Origin: Dicyema japonicum
Lineage: Eukaryota; Animalia; Dicyemida
Direction of reading: 5' to 3'
DNA: 64,000 nucleotides
Assembly (NCBI GenBank): GCA_011109175.1
Contig: RDEW01000059.1
Location: 124,001-188,000, forward strand
Part shown: one piece after another, positions 1 to 13,218 of the stretch
Layout of the letters: every line of letters begins with the position of its first letter
Numbering within the stretch: position 1 is the first letter of the stretch
Notes under the pieces: generated by a model
Told to the model about the DNA's origin: nothing
Database searches by the model: none
Seen by the model: the letters and a program-made list of their open reading frames with translations, nothing else
Translations under genes and position numbers: made by a program

Positions 1-464
1 TAATTTTACCTTAAATTCCGTTCACATTTAGTTGTATAACAGAGATCCGGTCAATTTACTTTTGTAGATCACGAATCCGAGAAGTTGATGCCAGACCAGT
101 AATCCGTCGACCAGGGGCGACATATAAGAAAAAACTAATCATAAACTTTATTAAAATACAAAATGTTTTCAGGTTATAAATTTCGGTTTTTAGATAATAA
201 TTTTACGATAATAAAAATCTTTACTGAATAGATAATTATTTGGAAGGAAATTTTTACAAATAGTCGTATATGCATGGATAAATATGTTGTGTTTCCATTT
301 GTAATAGACTAAACTTATTAACAGAAAATCTAGATTCCAGATATTTCTTAATTTCGTATAAATTGTTACTGAAATGGAAATTTTGAATATGTTAGCTAAG
401 TTTTCTACGGCGAAGTAATTTTTTCCTGTCATCTTTATCAATTTATAAACGAATATTGACACAG

Positions 465-960
465 TTAAGAGCTATTTAGCCCTAAAAGGGTTTCGCTTAA
501 GCCATCCTTTGGAGCTATCTTCCTCGCCATTCTCGCCCACGTCATCTTGTTTCTGGCCCTCATTCTAACATTTCCCAGATCGTCTGCTGTCACCAATTTA
601 CGACCGATTGTTTCGTAGTCATCCTTTAAGCAAATTGGAAGTATATTCTTGGTCTGCCTCAAACTCCATGACTTGCGGCGCAGTAGAAATATTCTTCCAA
701 TATTCTGTCACACGGCGTAGTCGGGTCCGGTCTAAGAATATGTCCAAATAGTTGCCATCTCGATAAAATAACGTCCATGCTAATTGGTGTATATTTAAAT
801 AGAGAATATAGTTTTTCCTTTGAGATTTTTCTCGGCCAGAAGATTCCAGTCAATATGCGCAGTAGCTTCTGTGAAAAGTATCTAGCTTCTCTAAATTTTT
901 TTCAAAATTCTCAACGTTCCGGAATTGTATAGCAATATCGGCTTAACAAACGTGTCGTAA
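465..960 (-). mobile_element. RTE-clade LINE, decayed 3' fragment
   Basis: TGIFWPRKIS..RWQLFGHILR..PRTNxPI motifs, homologous to the C-termini at 2851-3171 and 43226-43948. Confidence 0.8.
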
Positions 961-1739
961 TAACTTTTTATTTATAATATATTTTTGTTAAAAATAACAT
1001 TTTTATTACTTTAGTGACAAAATTTCCCCACTAATTAGTCCTCATAAAATCTAAAATTTGGTTAAAAACCACATTATTAGATTTTCCACGTCAGAGAATG
1101 TAAACCGCATTAAACAAAAATGATGACAATTACAAACTCTTCAATGTTACACCGGACTTACTCACACGTGAAAGGCAAGAAAACTATTTGAAATGATAAT
1201 GAACATTTTCGAGTAAAAATAATCGAAATTGTGGAAACTTACGTAATTGCTTTAAAGGTCGTATTTTTAACTGCCGTTACAAATCATAAGAATATGCATT
1301 CCAAGAGAATAAATAAAAAGCATAATTTGTTTTCCTGATTGCAGTAAAGCCGTAAAAGAGAATGTCCCTGAGACTCATCCATGGTTTGAGCACAGTCAGG
1401 TAAAATTTGAGAACGACCGCATGAGCTATCAACTGGGAGGACACATTGAGGAGATCGACAGAATGAAACACAAATCCCTTCAACAACACAGATTAAAAAT
1501 CGAAGAAAAAAAAGTTTATTTATATTTTTACATAAGAAAGTTGACTTGAATTCTAAAATCAAAGCCAATAGTTATGTCATTTCGAAGTTGTTGCAATTTC
1601 AGAAAATTAAAAGTGATAAACTCAACGACAAGGTTAAACAATTCATGAAATGACAGTTAACAAATATTAGTCTAAATATTATGTCTTTTAACTTTACATA
1701 ATAATTTACTCAATATTCACGATTTTGTTTCCATGGAAC

Positions 1740-2068
1740 CATCCGAAAACTCTATTTTAACAAAATACTACTCCTCCCCCAATCGACCAATCAAAAATCT
1801 CTATATCGATGGACATTGGGTAAATCTGACTCGTCTACGACGTCGAAACCACTCTTGGACACCAACATACGGATATAAACTGGATGATACGAAATATGTC
1901 CCCTTCTTTTTAACCTCTGACAGAAAATCACCTTTTCGAATGTTCAGAATATATACTTGTCCATCTAGTAACCCGAAAATGACCGATCTATGGGAGTGAC
2001 AAGTATTAGGCGCGTCCTACTTAATAGTCATGGCCTCCTACAAGTTAGTGAGTCCGGGGTTACTTAGC
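1740..2068 (+). mobile_element. Ingi/Vingi-like LINE 3' fragment (C-terminal zinc-knuckle subfamily)
   Basis: VNLTRLRRxNH and 3' end ggcctcctacaagttagtgag..ggggttactta, matching the reverse complement of 7738-7983 and the copy at 61140-61370. Confidence 0.7.
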
Positions 2069-2704
2069 ATAACAATACCTGGCCTGTCTGACAAATCAAG
2101 AACTTACAACATCATATGTTTTAATAAGAATGAAAAAGAACCAAATTGGATTACTGGAATTAGTGGATCTCGTTTGAATAGACCAGACAACATAAAAGTA
2201 ACCCAATGACTCAAACTATTACCAAAGCTGCAAGGAATGTGGATTAAGAACTGAAGCAGAACAAATTGCCATCGTCATAAATTAATCAAAAATCAAGTGT
2301 GGATAAACTTTAATAGACATCACTTTGTGTATAAATGAACTATCTTTTCACTTTTTTACTGCCAAAAAACTCGAAATTCAAGTGCCATTGAATACCGATT
2401 TAAGTATGCTGTGCTTCTGTTTGGGTCAAGATTCTCTCTGAGTACTCGTCCAGGGGAGGTTAAGTCCAACCAAATTGACACTTGTTAAAAATTCTGAGAA
2501 TAGAAGATTTGAAGTTTTGCCCTCTTTTCTTGGGTTTTCCTTTCCTTCCCCTCACTTATAACTTCTGTGGAACACCCAACCATTTTACAAGATATTAGGA
2601 TCAACCATATACTACAAAGGCAGTAAGATTAAGAAAACTGATGAGGTTTTCCTCGGATATGATATTGGACGACATAATGAGTCATTATAATGAGTGCATT
2701 TCAT

Positions 2705-5190
2705 TATTATTATTATTTAAGCACTTCACGAGAGCCATATTAATTATAGCCCCGCATGTGCAGCAAAAGAAACAAGGTTAGATGTCATCCTTTTCCATGC
2801 TCCCCTGTTCATAGCCAAGGCTCTCATGCTGTCCAGGTCGTCGGCATTTATTAGATTTTTTTGATCTTGACCAGGTCTTTTTGTAAGACTATTGGCAGTG
2901 TTGTTCTTGGTCTTCCACGATGGCGGCCTTCTTGACTAACATAGTATGTTTCCATAGATATGTTCGGTGGGGATGTTAATTCCATCCTCAGTTCGTGTCC
3001 GAAGAGCCTCCATCGAGATTCCAGTACTTCTAAGCTGATAGGTCTAGTGCTGCATCTCTTATAAAAGCATTCCTCGATATTCTCGTAGGCCAAGTAGTTC
3101 CAGTTATTTTTCTGAGCTGACCTCTGTGGAACGAGTCTAGTTTTTCCATATCCGCTGATGAGGTCGCCCAAGTTCCAGTGTTATATAGAAGTACGGGTTT
3201 TATGAATGAATCGTATAATAGGATTCTTATTTTCGTGTCGATGCCTTTTTGATTGAGCCATAGATTCTTAAGTTTATATAACGCAGCATTGGCTAGAGTT
3301 TTCCTACGTAAAATATCTTTGCTATCTCCCAAGAGTGAACCGAGTTTCTTTACTTGTCGCCACTTTTCTTCTAGGACGTTACTCATCCTTCTTATCTCTG
3401 TGAGTTCTGTTTTCTCTCTGTTCACAGTAAGTAACCATTTCCCTAGTACATCTGGTGCTTTTTCTAATAGGTTTTCCAGGACCTCTTTGTCTTCAGAAAT
3501 TAGGTCTACATCGTCCGCGTAGATTACTTCTTCCGTCTTTCTTTGGTATAACGGTCTAAGTTCCCTCATAGCGGCTTCCAAATAAATTGTGAATAGTAGA
3601 GGAGAAAGAGAGTCTCCTTGTGGAGTGCCCGTATTTAATAATGAATTTAGTAGTATGATGGGTCGCAAATTTTCGATCGGTCCTCTGTTTTTGTTGGTTT
3701 TTTGTATGGGGATTAGTAGTCCCGTACCCAGCGGTAGAGTTGAGCTAGCTGAAAACATTTCATTTAGTAGTGTAGCGATTTTTTCAAAAAGAGGGTCAGG
3801 GCCGTATTTCAGTAATTCTGGGTTTATCGCATCTGGTCCCGGGCTTCTGTTATTCTTGAGTATTCGGCAGGCTGTTTTGATTTCCTCGGCCGTGATTGGT
3901 ATCTCCAGGGGTCTTGGCCTTCCATCACATGGGTGGATTTATATGGTTTTGATGTTGAAAAGCTTCTCAAAGTTAGCCGCGATGGCTTCAGTATGTTCTT
4001 CGGTGCTCAGTGTCAGCTTACCGTTCTCGTTTTTTATGGATAGTTGACTTCGGTTTATTCGCCACAGAAAACGAGCAGCGACGTACACCTGTGCGTTGTC
4101 TTTCACTTTGTTTGCCTCTTCTATACAAGAAGCTTCTTGTTCAGACTTTTTATTTTTCTTCTGACACGTTGCCTTTCGCCTTGAAGGGCTTTTATCGCAT
4201 TAGTGTCAGTGGCATTTGATTTTCTCATATTTATTTCTTTTAGACTTTTCGCAAGCTCAGGAACATCTGGATGAATAGCCTTCAGGTGCATTTTACTATT
4301 CTCCCTTTTGCCAAGACATGCTTCAGCAGCTTCGTTGATGGTGTCCTTTGTGCGTTTCCAGGCGTCTTCTAGCGTGGTATCCACCAATACGTCCTGCAAA
4401 TTAGTCTGAATGTATTGTTGATATCTCTCAGTAGTCTCCGGTTGAGAAATCAGCCTTTCAGTCGCGTAGTCGCCTCTGATTTTCTCAAATTCGTGATTTT
4501 TTGCATTCTGTATTTAATGGCATGTTTTTTCAGGGTGAAGGTCGCAATAACCATCTTGTGGTCGCTGACAGTCGTCGAGCCTTCATATGAACGTGCGTTT
4601 ACTAGAAGGTGTTTGTCTTTAGCCCGGCATATGACATAATCGATTTGGTTGTATATTGGGACCAGCTTTCCTTCTGAGTTCCTTCGCTTCCCCATCCACG
4701 TAGTTTTGTGGCAGGCAGGATGCGTAAATGCAGTATTGCATAGGAAAAGGTTGTTTGCCATACAAAAGTGACCAAGTATTGTCCCGGGTAAATTTCTTAT
4801 TCCACGTCCATGTTCTCCCAAGAAAACATCATCCGGGTTATTCTTCATCCCGACTTTTGCATTCAAATCCCCAGCAATGAGTATTAGTGATGACGACTCA
4901 TATTCGTTGTACGTCCGTAACAGTGTTGAATAAAAGTCGTCTAGTTCTGTCGGATCTTTCGATACTCTCCCGCAGTGTGGCGCATAAACATTTGTAATTG
5001 TCAGAAAGCTCTTCGAAGGAGGTAAGTCGTTTAGCCGGATTTGTATAACACAGATCCTGTCATTCACACTCCATATACGGTGGACTGCACTTGTCAACTT
5101 TGAGTGGATGGCAAATCCAAGTCCATAATGTTTTGAGTCGCTCGGCTGACATATAATTCGATATTCGCCAAAGTTCCCATCAAGGCTACA
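2705..5190 (-). mobile_element. RTE-clade non-LTR retrotransposon (APE+RT), disrupted, with an internal RT deletion
   Basis: APE motifs (NVYAPH, GDLNAKVG, QIDY, SDH); RT motifs (LRPIILLN joined directly to GTPQGDSLSP, YADD, KKLGSLLGD, RWRLFGH); 3' stem-loop at 2725-2760 and (TAA)n tail. Confidence 0.92.
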
Positions 5191-5727
5191 AGTAACTGCA
5201 TTTCATTTACAAAGAAAAGAATCTTCGATTAAAGGAAGAAGGCAATTCATAGCCTCAGAGCTCGACTTGTTGTTTCACTAACTACAGCAACGTCGACACT
5301 TTTGTTTCAGCAGTAATTGAGAAACAGAATAAAATGGGTTGTCCAAATATAATTAGGATTTCCAAGAATCCAGCAATTATGTGCATTTTTATTTATTTTA
5401 GAATAATTAAATCTTGGAGATTTTTAATTATTAGAGAAGGATTTGGAATTGCAATTTGGGGGTAAACGAATTTTCAAATTAATTTAATCACCGATAATTT
5501 CACCGCTCACATAAAAAAATCAATATTTTCCTGGTCTTATCTGAAATTATCAAAAATCAAAAAATAACATCTCCCCTGTCGACCTGGAATCACTTAGTTA
5601 GTTGAGAACTATTATTTCTTTCTCTTTGACCCAGTGATCCTGAGGTACTGATATTAATAATTATAATAAATAACAAAAATTAAATAAATAATTAGTACTA
5701 ATATGAATAATTAGTCGAACTAGTTAT

Positions 5728-7242
5728 ATGAATAAAAAATATTACTGATATAGTCTTATTGTACTAAATATAATAAAACATAAGGATATTGATGAGATAT
5801 GTTCCGACCTACAAAAACTACAGATTTGACATCCGAGTGGATAATATATACCAAAAAACTGAAGAAAGAGGTATTCCAGGTGGAATGTATGTGACATTTG
5901 AATCATATGGCATAATCTCAAATAAGCAAAGTTAGTGATTTTGACTATAAACAGAAAAACTGATATACTGTATTCCAATATCAGAAACGTAAGTATCTTT
6001 ACAGCGAACATACACTCAGATGGATATTTCGCATAATAAAACAAGACAAAGATATTCAATTCATAGCATTCATAGTCGACGTAAGCTCATATTTGATTGA
6101 TAGAGTGACTACAGCAAAGTTAAACGTCTGAAAGAATTGTATATTTATCCATAACTTTGAGATATAACAAAGAGATGGAACAGGGACTCTTCAAAATTTT
6201 GATTTCTCACAAAAAGAACTACGACGAACTTAAAGTGGAGACACTGCATTCGTTGTTTGTTGTAACAACGTTTAGCCGAATTGCCTGGTATTCCAAGATG
6301 AACCTTGATTTCGCTTATTTTCTGACATATTGTAGAAGTATTGCGGAAGACTGCATTTGGGTTTTTATATTCGAATATTATAGCTGGAAGATGACGCCTA
6401 CCCTGATGTCCACTTTAACAGCAATATAAAGGACAAAATTAAAGATATATATTCCACGGGGCATTTTTCCTTTCTTTCTTTTTGCAATTTGGGGATCGTG
6501 GGTATCATTGGTTTAACACTAACTAAGCCATACTCCCAAATAGAGAACAATACGACCAGATCATTCAGTATTACCTCAAACGTGCGTTGGAGAAACCAAC
6601 AGATTGGTTAATGGAGGATTATGCAGTATGGTTTTTCTGATTTGAGAATTTCACAATCTACCAATAATTTATAGTAAAATTTTGTTCAACCACTACGGAT
6701 ATTCGTCATCATATAATAAGAAGATTCAAGAATTAAGAGTTAGTCTATGAACTTAACGTAGTCATATTCTACAAATCCTTCCCTATTGGCTGCTCATGTT
6801 CTCTCCTGTCATTTTTATTTCGAGTCAGCCGCCTTTGCAGACTGCTCTAAAAACATGAATTACAAAATCAATTACAAAATCAAAAATCAGTCCAAATTTC
6901 TAGTAGAATTTTCCAACCCGACTGTCCTCGAACGGTGGTTGAATGATTAACTTTTTCAGTGTCTTTATTTTCGTGAAAGGACACGAGAAAATATTCTCTA
7001 CAGTGGATGGATATGACGAGAATGAAAAGTTATTATTCGAATTTATCTATGATGATGTGATCGAGATATTCCCGTATGTTTATTCCCCCATAAAGTCCCT
7101 GGCTATTAGATTTGACAATCATGAATCTGAAATAACAATCTCAGTAATGTTCTGTGATTTTTGCAGATGGAGTTTCTCAGATGGTTTGCCTCGGATGATA
7201 GTATTTAAATCTTGTTTTACTTTTCTTGGTATTATTTGTTAA
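5728..7242 (+). CDS. MGAT4-like GlcNAc-transferase IV (GT54); multi-exon, with frameshifts/stops (pseudogene or assembly errors)
   Basis: Spliced translation gives LIYCIPI..FIAFIVD..RIAWYSKMNLDFAYFLTYC..LEDDAY..SFCNLGIVG..KPTDWLM, resembling MGAT4 (RWRTKQNLDY, LEDD, PIDWL). Tiny introns at 5931-5954, 6081-6103, 6139-6161, 6361-6383, 6502-6527, 6626-6646. Start uncertain. Confidence 0.72.
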
Positions 7243-7374
7243 CCTTGGGGAACAAAAGATAGTCGTCATTGACTAAAAAATTGAGGACCATAACTAGGTT
7301 ATTTTAATAAGAAAATCAATCAATATTGTCGTGCTGTTAAATTTAATCACTGTAATTAATTTTATTAATTTTTT

Positions 7375-7670
7375 ATTCCAGCCGATATCCACTGAGTTGT
7401 CTGGCTTGTTTGCCCCAGCATAGCAAAGTTTATCAGGTTGATCGGGCGGCTTGCAGGAGTATGAAGGCCGAGGAAAAAATACAAAGTGCTGTTAGACCTG
7501 TTCACGTTCCGGCCCAACATAGTTGAGATAAATGAAAGAATAATTAAGAAATCGCTTCGTTTCCTCAGGTTATAATCAAAAGCCACGGTGCACGTGAGAC
7601 CCATTGGCTTCTCCAATTGATCTCCTTTGAAATCGTGAGAGGCGACGCAACGACGATGATACCGTCGAAG
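7375..7670 (+). mobile_element. CRE-like RLE retrotransposon, 3' remnants
   Basis: Degenerate PISxExSG and ETHWLLQLISFEIVRG, similar to the C-terminus of 31685-32248. Confidence 0.55.
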
Positions 7671-7728
7671 ACCATAAAATTAACTAGGGACAATAAAATG
7701 TTAATAATAAAATATTATACCGCTGAGA

Positions 7729-8410
7729 GTTAGTTAGTTAAGTAACCCCAGCCTCACTAACTTGTAGGAGGCCAGCAGCTATTAAGTAGTACGCAGTAGT
7801 AGATGTTGGTCGCTCCCATAGACCGATCAGTTCCGGCATTGTGGAGAAACGTTGTGCCATTTCATGACATTGAAATAGGTGATTTGTTGTCAGCACGTAG
7901 AGGTTGCAAAAGGGGCAGAGTACATCATAAGCTGGTAGATATGGGTGGTGCCCACATCGTAGACGAGCCAGGTTTACTCGCACGTCCCTTGAAAGAGAGG
8001 ATTCTGATTGGTCTATTGGAGGAGGGGTCGCTGTAATATTTTATTGTCTCCGAGTCTTTGGATGCTTCTCGTAGAAACAAAATCGTGTATCTGTTTCAGA
8101 CGACTCCTGTCATTGGGGATGGAAGGAATTGATGATAACATCCGAGACAGGTCACTGGTTGTCATAATAATTTTCCTTTTGTTTTGCGGCTTGCATAGGG
8201 AGTGGCAGGGATTTTCTAGACTGTAGGCTTGGGAGAGGAACTGCAGGGCTCTCATTTCCAGATGGTCTCCAATTGGAAGGATCTTTGACTCCCAATGAAG
8301 ATGATCGACAAAAGTTGATCTGAGACATAATTATCCTGAGCGTTTTGTACTTTTTGTAGTTTGTCAATAGAAGTAAGAGAGGCAGAGGTTGACCAGCAAG
8401 GGCTTGCATA
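7729..8410 (-). mobile_element. Ingi/Vingi-like LINE 3' fragment with C-terminal CCHC-like motif
   Basis: RVNLARLRCGHHP..CPFC..NHLFQC; (AACT)n tail at 7729-7740. Confidence 0.8.
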
Positions 8411-8859
8411 GTTAATAGTTGTTCAAATAAATTGTTTATATATGATAGTTAGAGCTTCTTTGCCGCTGAGAGTGATCCGTCTTGCAGTTACAAACTAATA
8501 AAAAAGCCGGTTTTGCAGTTACAAACTTTTTTTTGACGTATAGCTTTTAATTTTCCAACTGAATTAACGTGTTTGAAGTTGACAAGATGTATATTTTTTT
8601 ATTTCTACAAAAAAGATAAAGGGTAAGTATTACCCCCTTTTAATAGTTAGTAGTCATCTGATAAATAGTTTCGGAAGTAAGGAAACCTCGACTATGCCAT
8701 GCTCTTGGTTCTAATTTCATCTGATCCAAAAATGGAAAAACTTGGTGAGAAAAATTAAAGGGGGCTTATAACTCTCGAACATTCTATCAATAAGGTCAAG
8801 AGCAATGCAAATCTGAATAAACTAATTTGTAATAAAAATTTATTATTTGTTACTTCCTG

Positions 8860-9230
8860 AAGGCAACTAATCCAGGATCAGCCTTGGATAAGGCCGAGAT
8901 CCTTAAGAAAAGGAAATAAGTATCGGTGGACTGTCCCCATAGAAACATCGGGAGTCATTGGAAGCAGATCACTAACCTCGCTGAACCGCATAGGTTCGCT
9001 TATCGAAAGGAGGAAAAAGGATAGCGATCGAAGAGCTGGCTAATTTAACACTTTTCCTTACAAAGAGAGAAAGAGAGAATTTGTCATTTCTGAGTTAAAA
9101 TCGGACGACAAGTCCGTCAAATTGGCTCAATGATCCAAAGGATCCCCAAGGATCTACGTGAAACTGGATGGCTTCGAGAGCGTATCTCGATAGTTATTGT
9201 CATGGGAAACAGCCTTTATTCGAGATCCCT
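8860..9230 (+). mobile_element. CRE-like RLE domain remnants
   Basis: ATNPGSALDKAEILK..PIETSGVIGSRSL..IGS and ETGWLRERISIVIV, close to the protein at 31685-32248. Confidence 0.75.
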
Positions 9231-9377
9231 ATTAATTAAATTACATTTTTTGTAATGAATGATGATAAAAAAGTTAAAATTAATAAATTTATCCAAATAT
9301 GATAAAATATCAAAAATTGTAAAAATTGATAAGTTTTGTGATAAAATAGTTAGAAAACCCCAAAAGTCAACTATTAA

Positions 9378-10924
9378 TTAAAAGGCAAGATCATCAACAA
9401 AGTTCCTCAACATCTCACTAGCAGCCTCAGGCTGATCGGTGGGTACCATGTGACCTGAATTTCTAACAAGAAGTTGCATGACATTCTTATAATATCTATA
9501 ATAGCCATTCACACGCCTGGGAGTTGTCTTGGAGTACCAAATGTTTTGGTCGGCCTCATCAAACCTCTCTTTTTCCCATTCCATTGCATATTCTTGAGAA
9601 CCTGGTTCATCGTGTGGAATCCACACATAACATCCAATTGTCCGGTATAAAACAAAGTCTACAATAAATTCAAATATTACCTTATATCCAGCATTGATCA
9701 GGTATTCCACAGTTGGAATCATGGATTGCATAAAGTCAATCTCAAAACGTTCTTCCACAAGTTCTCCATCATAAAAGCTAATCCCTCCAGCATTCAGCTT
9801 GTATGAGTTTGCTCTCAGAATCCCGGGTAATAGAACTCAAACATCTTTATATTTATGTAAATATAACCTTATCGGTTCGAATATTGTAGAAATTCTCCAA
9901 TCCCGTGACGTTGTTGAAGAGTGTTCTGTATGGAGTCATTTCACCGTCAATAAGGACTTCATATAACTAAATGATTTGGGGACAAATACTTGAAATGCTC
10001 TTTGATAGTCTCTTCTGTCCATTGCTTCCTTGATAAGATCCCGATAAAGGTCGAACTGTTCGATTTGATTGTCGAAGATTAAACCAATGTAAAAGAGTTG
10101 AGAACCAAAGTCAGACATCTTGGAGTAATCCCAATATAATACGTAATATGGAGCATAGAACCCATTTCCAATCATCATTCCCTTGAGGTTTATTTTATCC
10201 TCAGAATCTTTATTTCTCTCATCAATGGAATAGGCCATAGCAGGGACATACTTCCCCGCATATGATTCTCCCGTTAGCACAAGTGGATTTGACTTGAGAT
10301 CAGGGAATAAAAGGTAAAACTGGTCCATGCATCTAAAATATATGGATTTTGGTAATTTTACATTGATAAATACAACCCCACATCATTCTCGTTGGTCAGA
10401 AAACATTCCAAGTCCGAAAAACTGAGTCCGGTCCCCACCTAAGGATAAATAAACCTAAAACGGGATTATCAAAGAAAATCAAATTATATTCTCTGTTCCA
10501 ACTATGGAGGCGTCTGCTAACTGCATTAAATAAATCCACAGATAACCTTTATAGTTTGAATCAATCCTGTATGGACCGAGTTCCTCGAAAAGCCCAAACA
10601 TTGAGGAGGCGCCGGGACCTCCTTGGAGCCAAACAACTACTGGAGCTGAAGTATTCCCATTCTTAGTGTTAAAAGAAGTATAACTTCTGCCGGAAAATAC
10701 CAAAAGAACATATTTCGCACGCAGTCATCACTCACTCTAAAATATCCTGAATAACTCTCGATGTCGTCGACTAATGGTTTAATGCGACTTAATTCTCTTG
10801 CAATATCCGATTGGTTGTTATTTAAGTAGTCAGTTACTATTAATGGTTGGTCAGTTTTTGCAAAGTAATTTTGAATATTGCTGAACAGACTAAAAATTAA
10901 TATTAAGGATAAGGTCATCTCCAT
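9378..10924 (-). CDS. CPVL: Serine carboxypeptidase S10, CPVL/vitellogenic-like; 9 exons; two homopolymer frameshifts
   Basis: Signal peptide, [36 protein letters not shown] (Ser), GQLD (Asp), GHMVP (His). Introns at 10662-10684, 10521-10546, 10439-10461, 10333-10361, 10119-10142, 9967-9989, 9845-9867, 9659-9680. Frameshifts near 9819 and 9572. Confidence 0.93.
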
Positions 10925-11699
10925 ATATATTATTTTATTATTTTATTTTAATTTGGGTTTGAAAAATAATTTAATAATTAATATTCTAAATATAATATAA
11001 TTAATGCTCATTATTTCTCTATTCTGAACCAACTTTTTCGTTTTTACTATATCTTCCGTGAGGTTCGCTTCGAATAGGCACACTGCCTGTCAGATCTTGT
11101 GGCTTTGGATGCGATCCTCTCTTGATGTTTTTCCGCTCACACACATTAGTCTCTGTGGTTTCCTATCCAATGGTCAGGAAGATTCTACACTCCTTCTCGA
11201 ATTTTCTTCTGACCAGGGAGTCGGTCACCCACGGAAAATCTGAAATCGTACGCGCTTGTCTGTCGTCCGGAGACTCTTCTAAAAGTGAGGTTTGGCCCAA
11301 CACCATTCCAACAGGAGTATTGGGGACAATCGCCATCAAAGTGCTGACAAGCTTGTTAAGCCACCGTGAAAGCCGAGATGTTAATCACCGAAGTATGTTG
11401 ACCTCCTCGGTAATGTAACGTTTGTTACTCTTGTATGAATACTTCTGAAGCCCTTGGACTCTTGTCCTATGAGTTCTTCAAAAAACTCTGAAACCTAATT
11501 TTTACCGACTCAATGGACCTTACGAACGATGCTAAGAAAAATAACAGTTTTTTGTCTTTTGCTCTTGCTAATAATTCAAAGAAACGCAACATTTAATTGA
11601 CTTTTGCAAAAAAATTAAACGCATAAATTTGTTTATAATTTTTCATGAGTAATTCAGAATAATATCAAATTTCACCACAAATTGAAGCATCTATGCTAC

Positions 11700-11945
11700 T
11701 TTATTTTATAAGAGTCTACCAGAAACGATGGCCGGGGTATCCTGTGTTTTTGCAAAACCGAGAAGATTTGGGTATGATCCATGCAAAAAAGTCCAGTTCA
11801 GTCCTGAAAAAGGACACGTCGATCAGGTAACTCTGCAGAAATTTGAGAATACACGTCAGGAAGACCGTGGAATCACTGGGTGACCACTCAAAAATAGTAC
11901 GAAACATACCATAAGTTCGATCACTTAATTAGTTGAAATAAATAA
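11700..11945 (+). mobile_element. Ingi/Vingi-like LINE 3' fragment
   Basis: RKTVESLGDH resembles RKAVGTLEEH of the ORF at 47294; ends gatcacttaattagttg plus AT tail. Confidence 0.6.
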
Positions 11946-12338
11946 TTTGAATGAATTAAAATGTCCCAGAATAAACCAAAAACACTTTATCAAAATTCAT
12001 TTGTTTATTGTCACAGAATCCGATTAACATAAACTAAACTATTTGAACACTAAACTTCATCCCCCACGGGTAAATACTAAATCCCATAAAGAAAGAGTCG
12101 AAAGGACGAGTAAATTCTAAAAATACTTTTGGTCGATTAAAAGAAAAGTCCTGAATGTATGTAATTATGGGTTATTTTAGTTAGTTAGGTGAGTACCACT
12201 AGGAGGGCAGCATCTATCAAATAGGACGCAGCAGATGTTGGTAGCTCCCATAGATCGGTTATTTTATTTAATGATTTATTACTTAAAATAGTTAATTAAT
12301 CAATTTAAAATTAACAAAATTTTAAATATTAATTTTAT

Positions 12339-12694
12339 TTAAAGTGAACAGACTAGTTTGAGGTATTCGAATTTCCACATTCGTTCCTGATCTGCCTTAT
12401 GCGATTGGAGGATCTAAAATTACAAAAAATTCACTTTTTGTGTAACAATTTTAAATTCCGAGCAATATTCTGCATAGCTTCCAACTAAAAGTAAATAAAT
12501 ATAATACAGAGTGTTTTCTTAGGGTTCTAATTATAGAAATATCAACCTCTTGAAAGTCTCCTTTATTGTAAATCTGAATATTTTCTACAATATTTTTAAG
12601 TCTACTGAGTTCATGATAAAATCTCCTATATTCTATATTTCTACAGTTCTACTATTTATTATATTTATCCAACATTAACTCTTCCTGTTGTCAT
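12339..12694 (-). CDS. Small multi-exon hypothetical protein (~85-90 aa)
   Basis: ATG at 12694. Removing GT-AG introns of 20 (12527-12546), 23 (12485-12507) and 21 nt (12414-12434) plus a first intron near 12650-12675 gives an open frame ending in TAA. No recognised domain. Confidence 0.5.
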
Positions 12695-13218
12695 TTATTT
12701 TACGTTTTCTTGTTTTTACTTTTATATTGTTCGTATAAAATTTAATTTTGTAAGTTTATCGTCGAAAACGTGGCTCTACACAACCTATGACTAAACTATA
12801 ATTTAGCAATTAAAAATATGGAAATCTCGACCATCTTGAAGCTTTCTGATTCGCTAATCCTGACGTTGCAAGACGAAGGACTTGCTTTTTTCATACAAGG
12901 ACATATTCTTCCTCTGTTCAAATTTGAAAATCCTAGGAACTAAAGACTTTGGAAGACCAAAAATAAACTTTGTTAAGGAACTTTTGAAAACTACAATGCT
13001 CGTCAAAAAATTAAAAATTATTGTTCGCAATTTTTATGTCTAAAGCAACTAATTAATATTAATATATTAACACCAGATACACCGAAAAAGAAGTTACTAA
13101 TTAAGTGTATCCAGTTTCCACTTCTACAGAAACAGAGTCCATTTGGAATCAACATAAAGGGTAAAGACGTCCATACTTGCAGTTGTGGAAACCCCTCCAC
13201 TGGAGTGGGGGAGAGCAA

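Noticed and set aside
1080-1500. Possible spliced host gene remnant on the plus strand
   Set aside because: In-frame stops, broken splice sites, no recognisable domain
2638-2665. CTGATGAG hammerhead core
   Set aside because: No GAAA after stem II and no stems I/III
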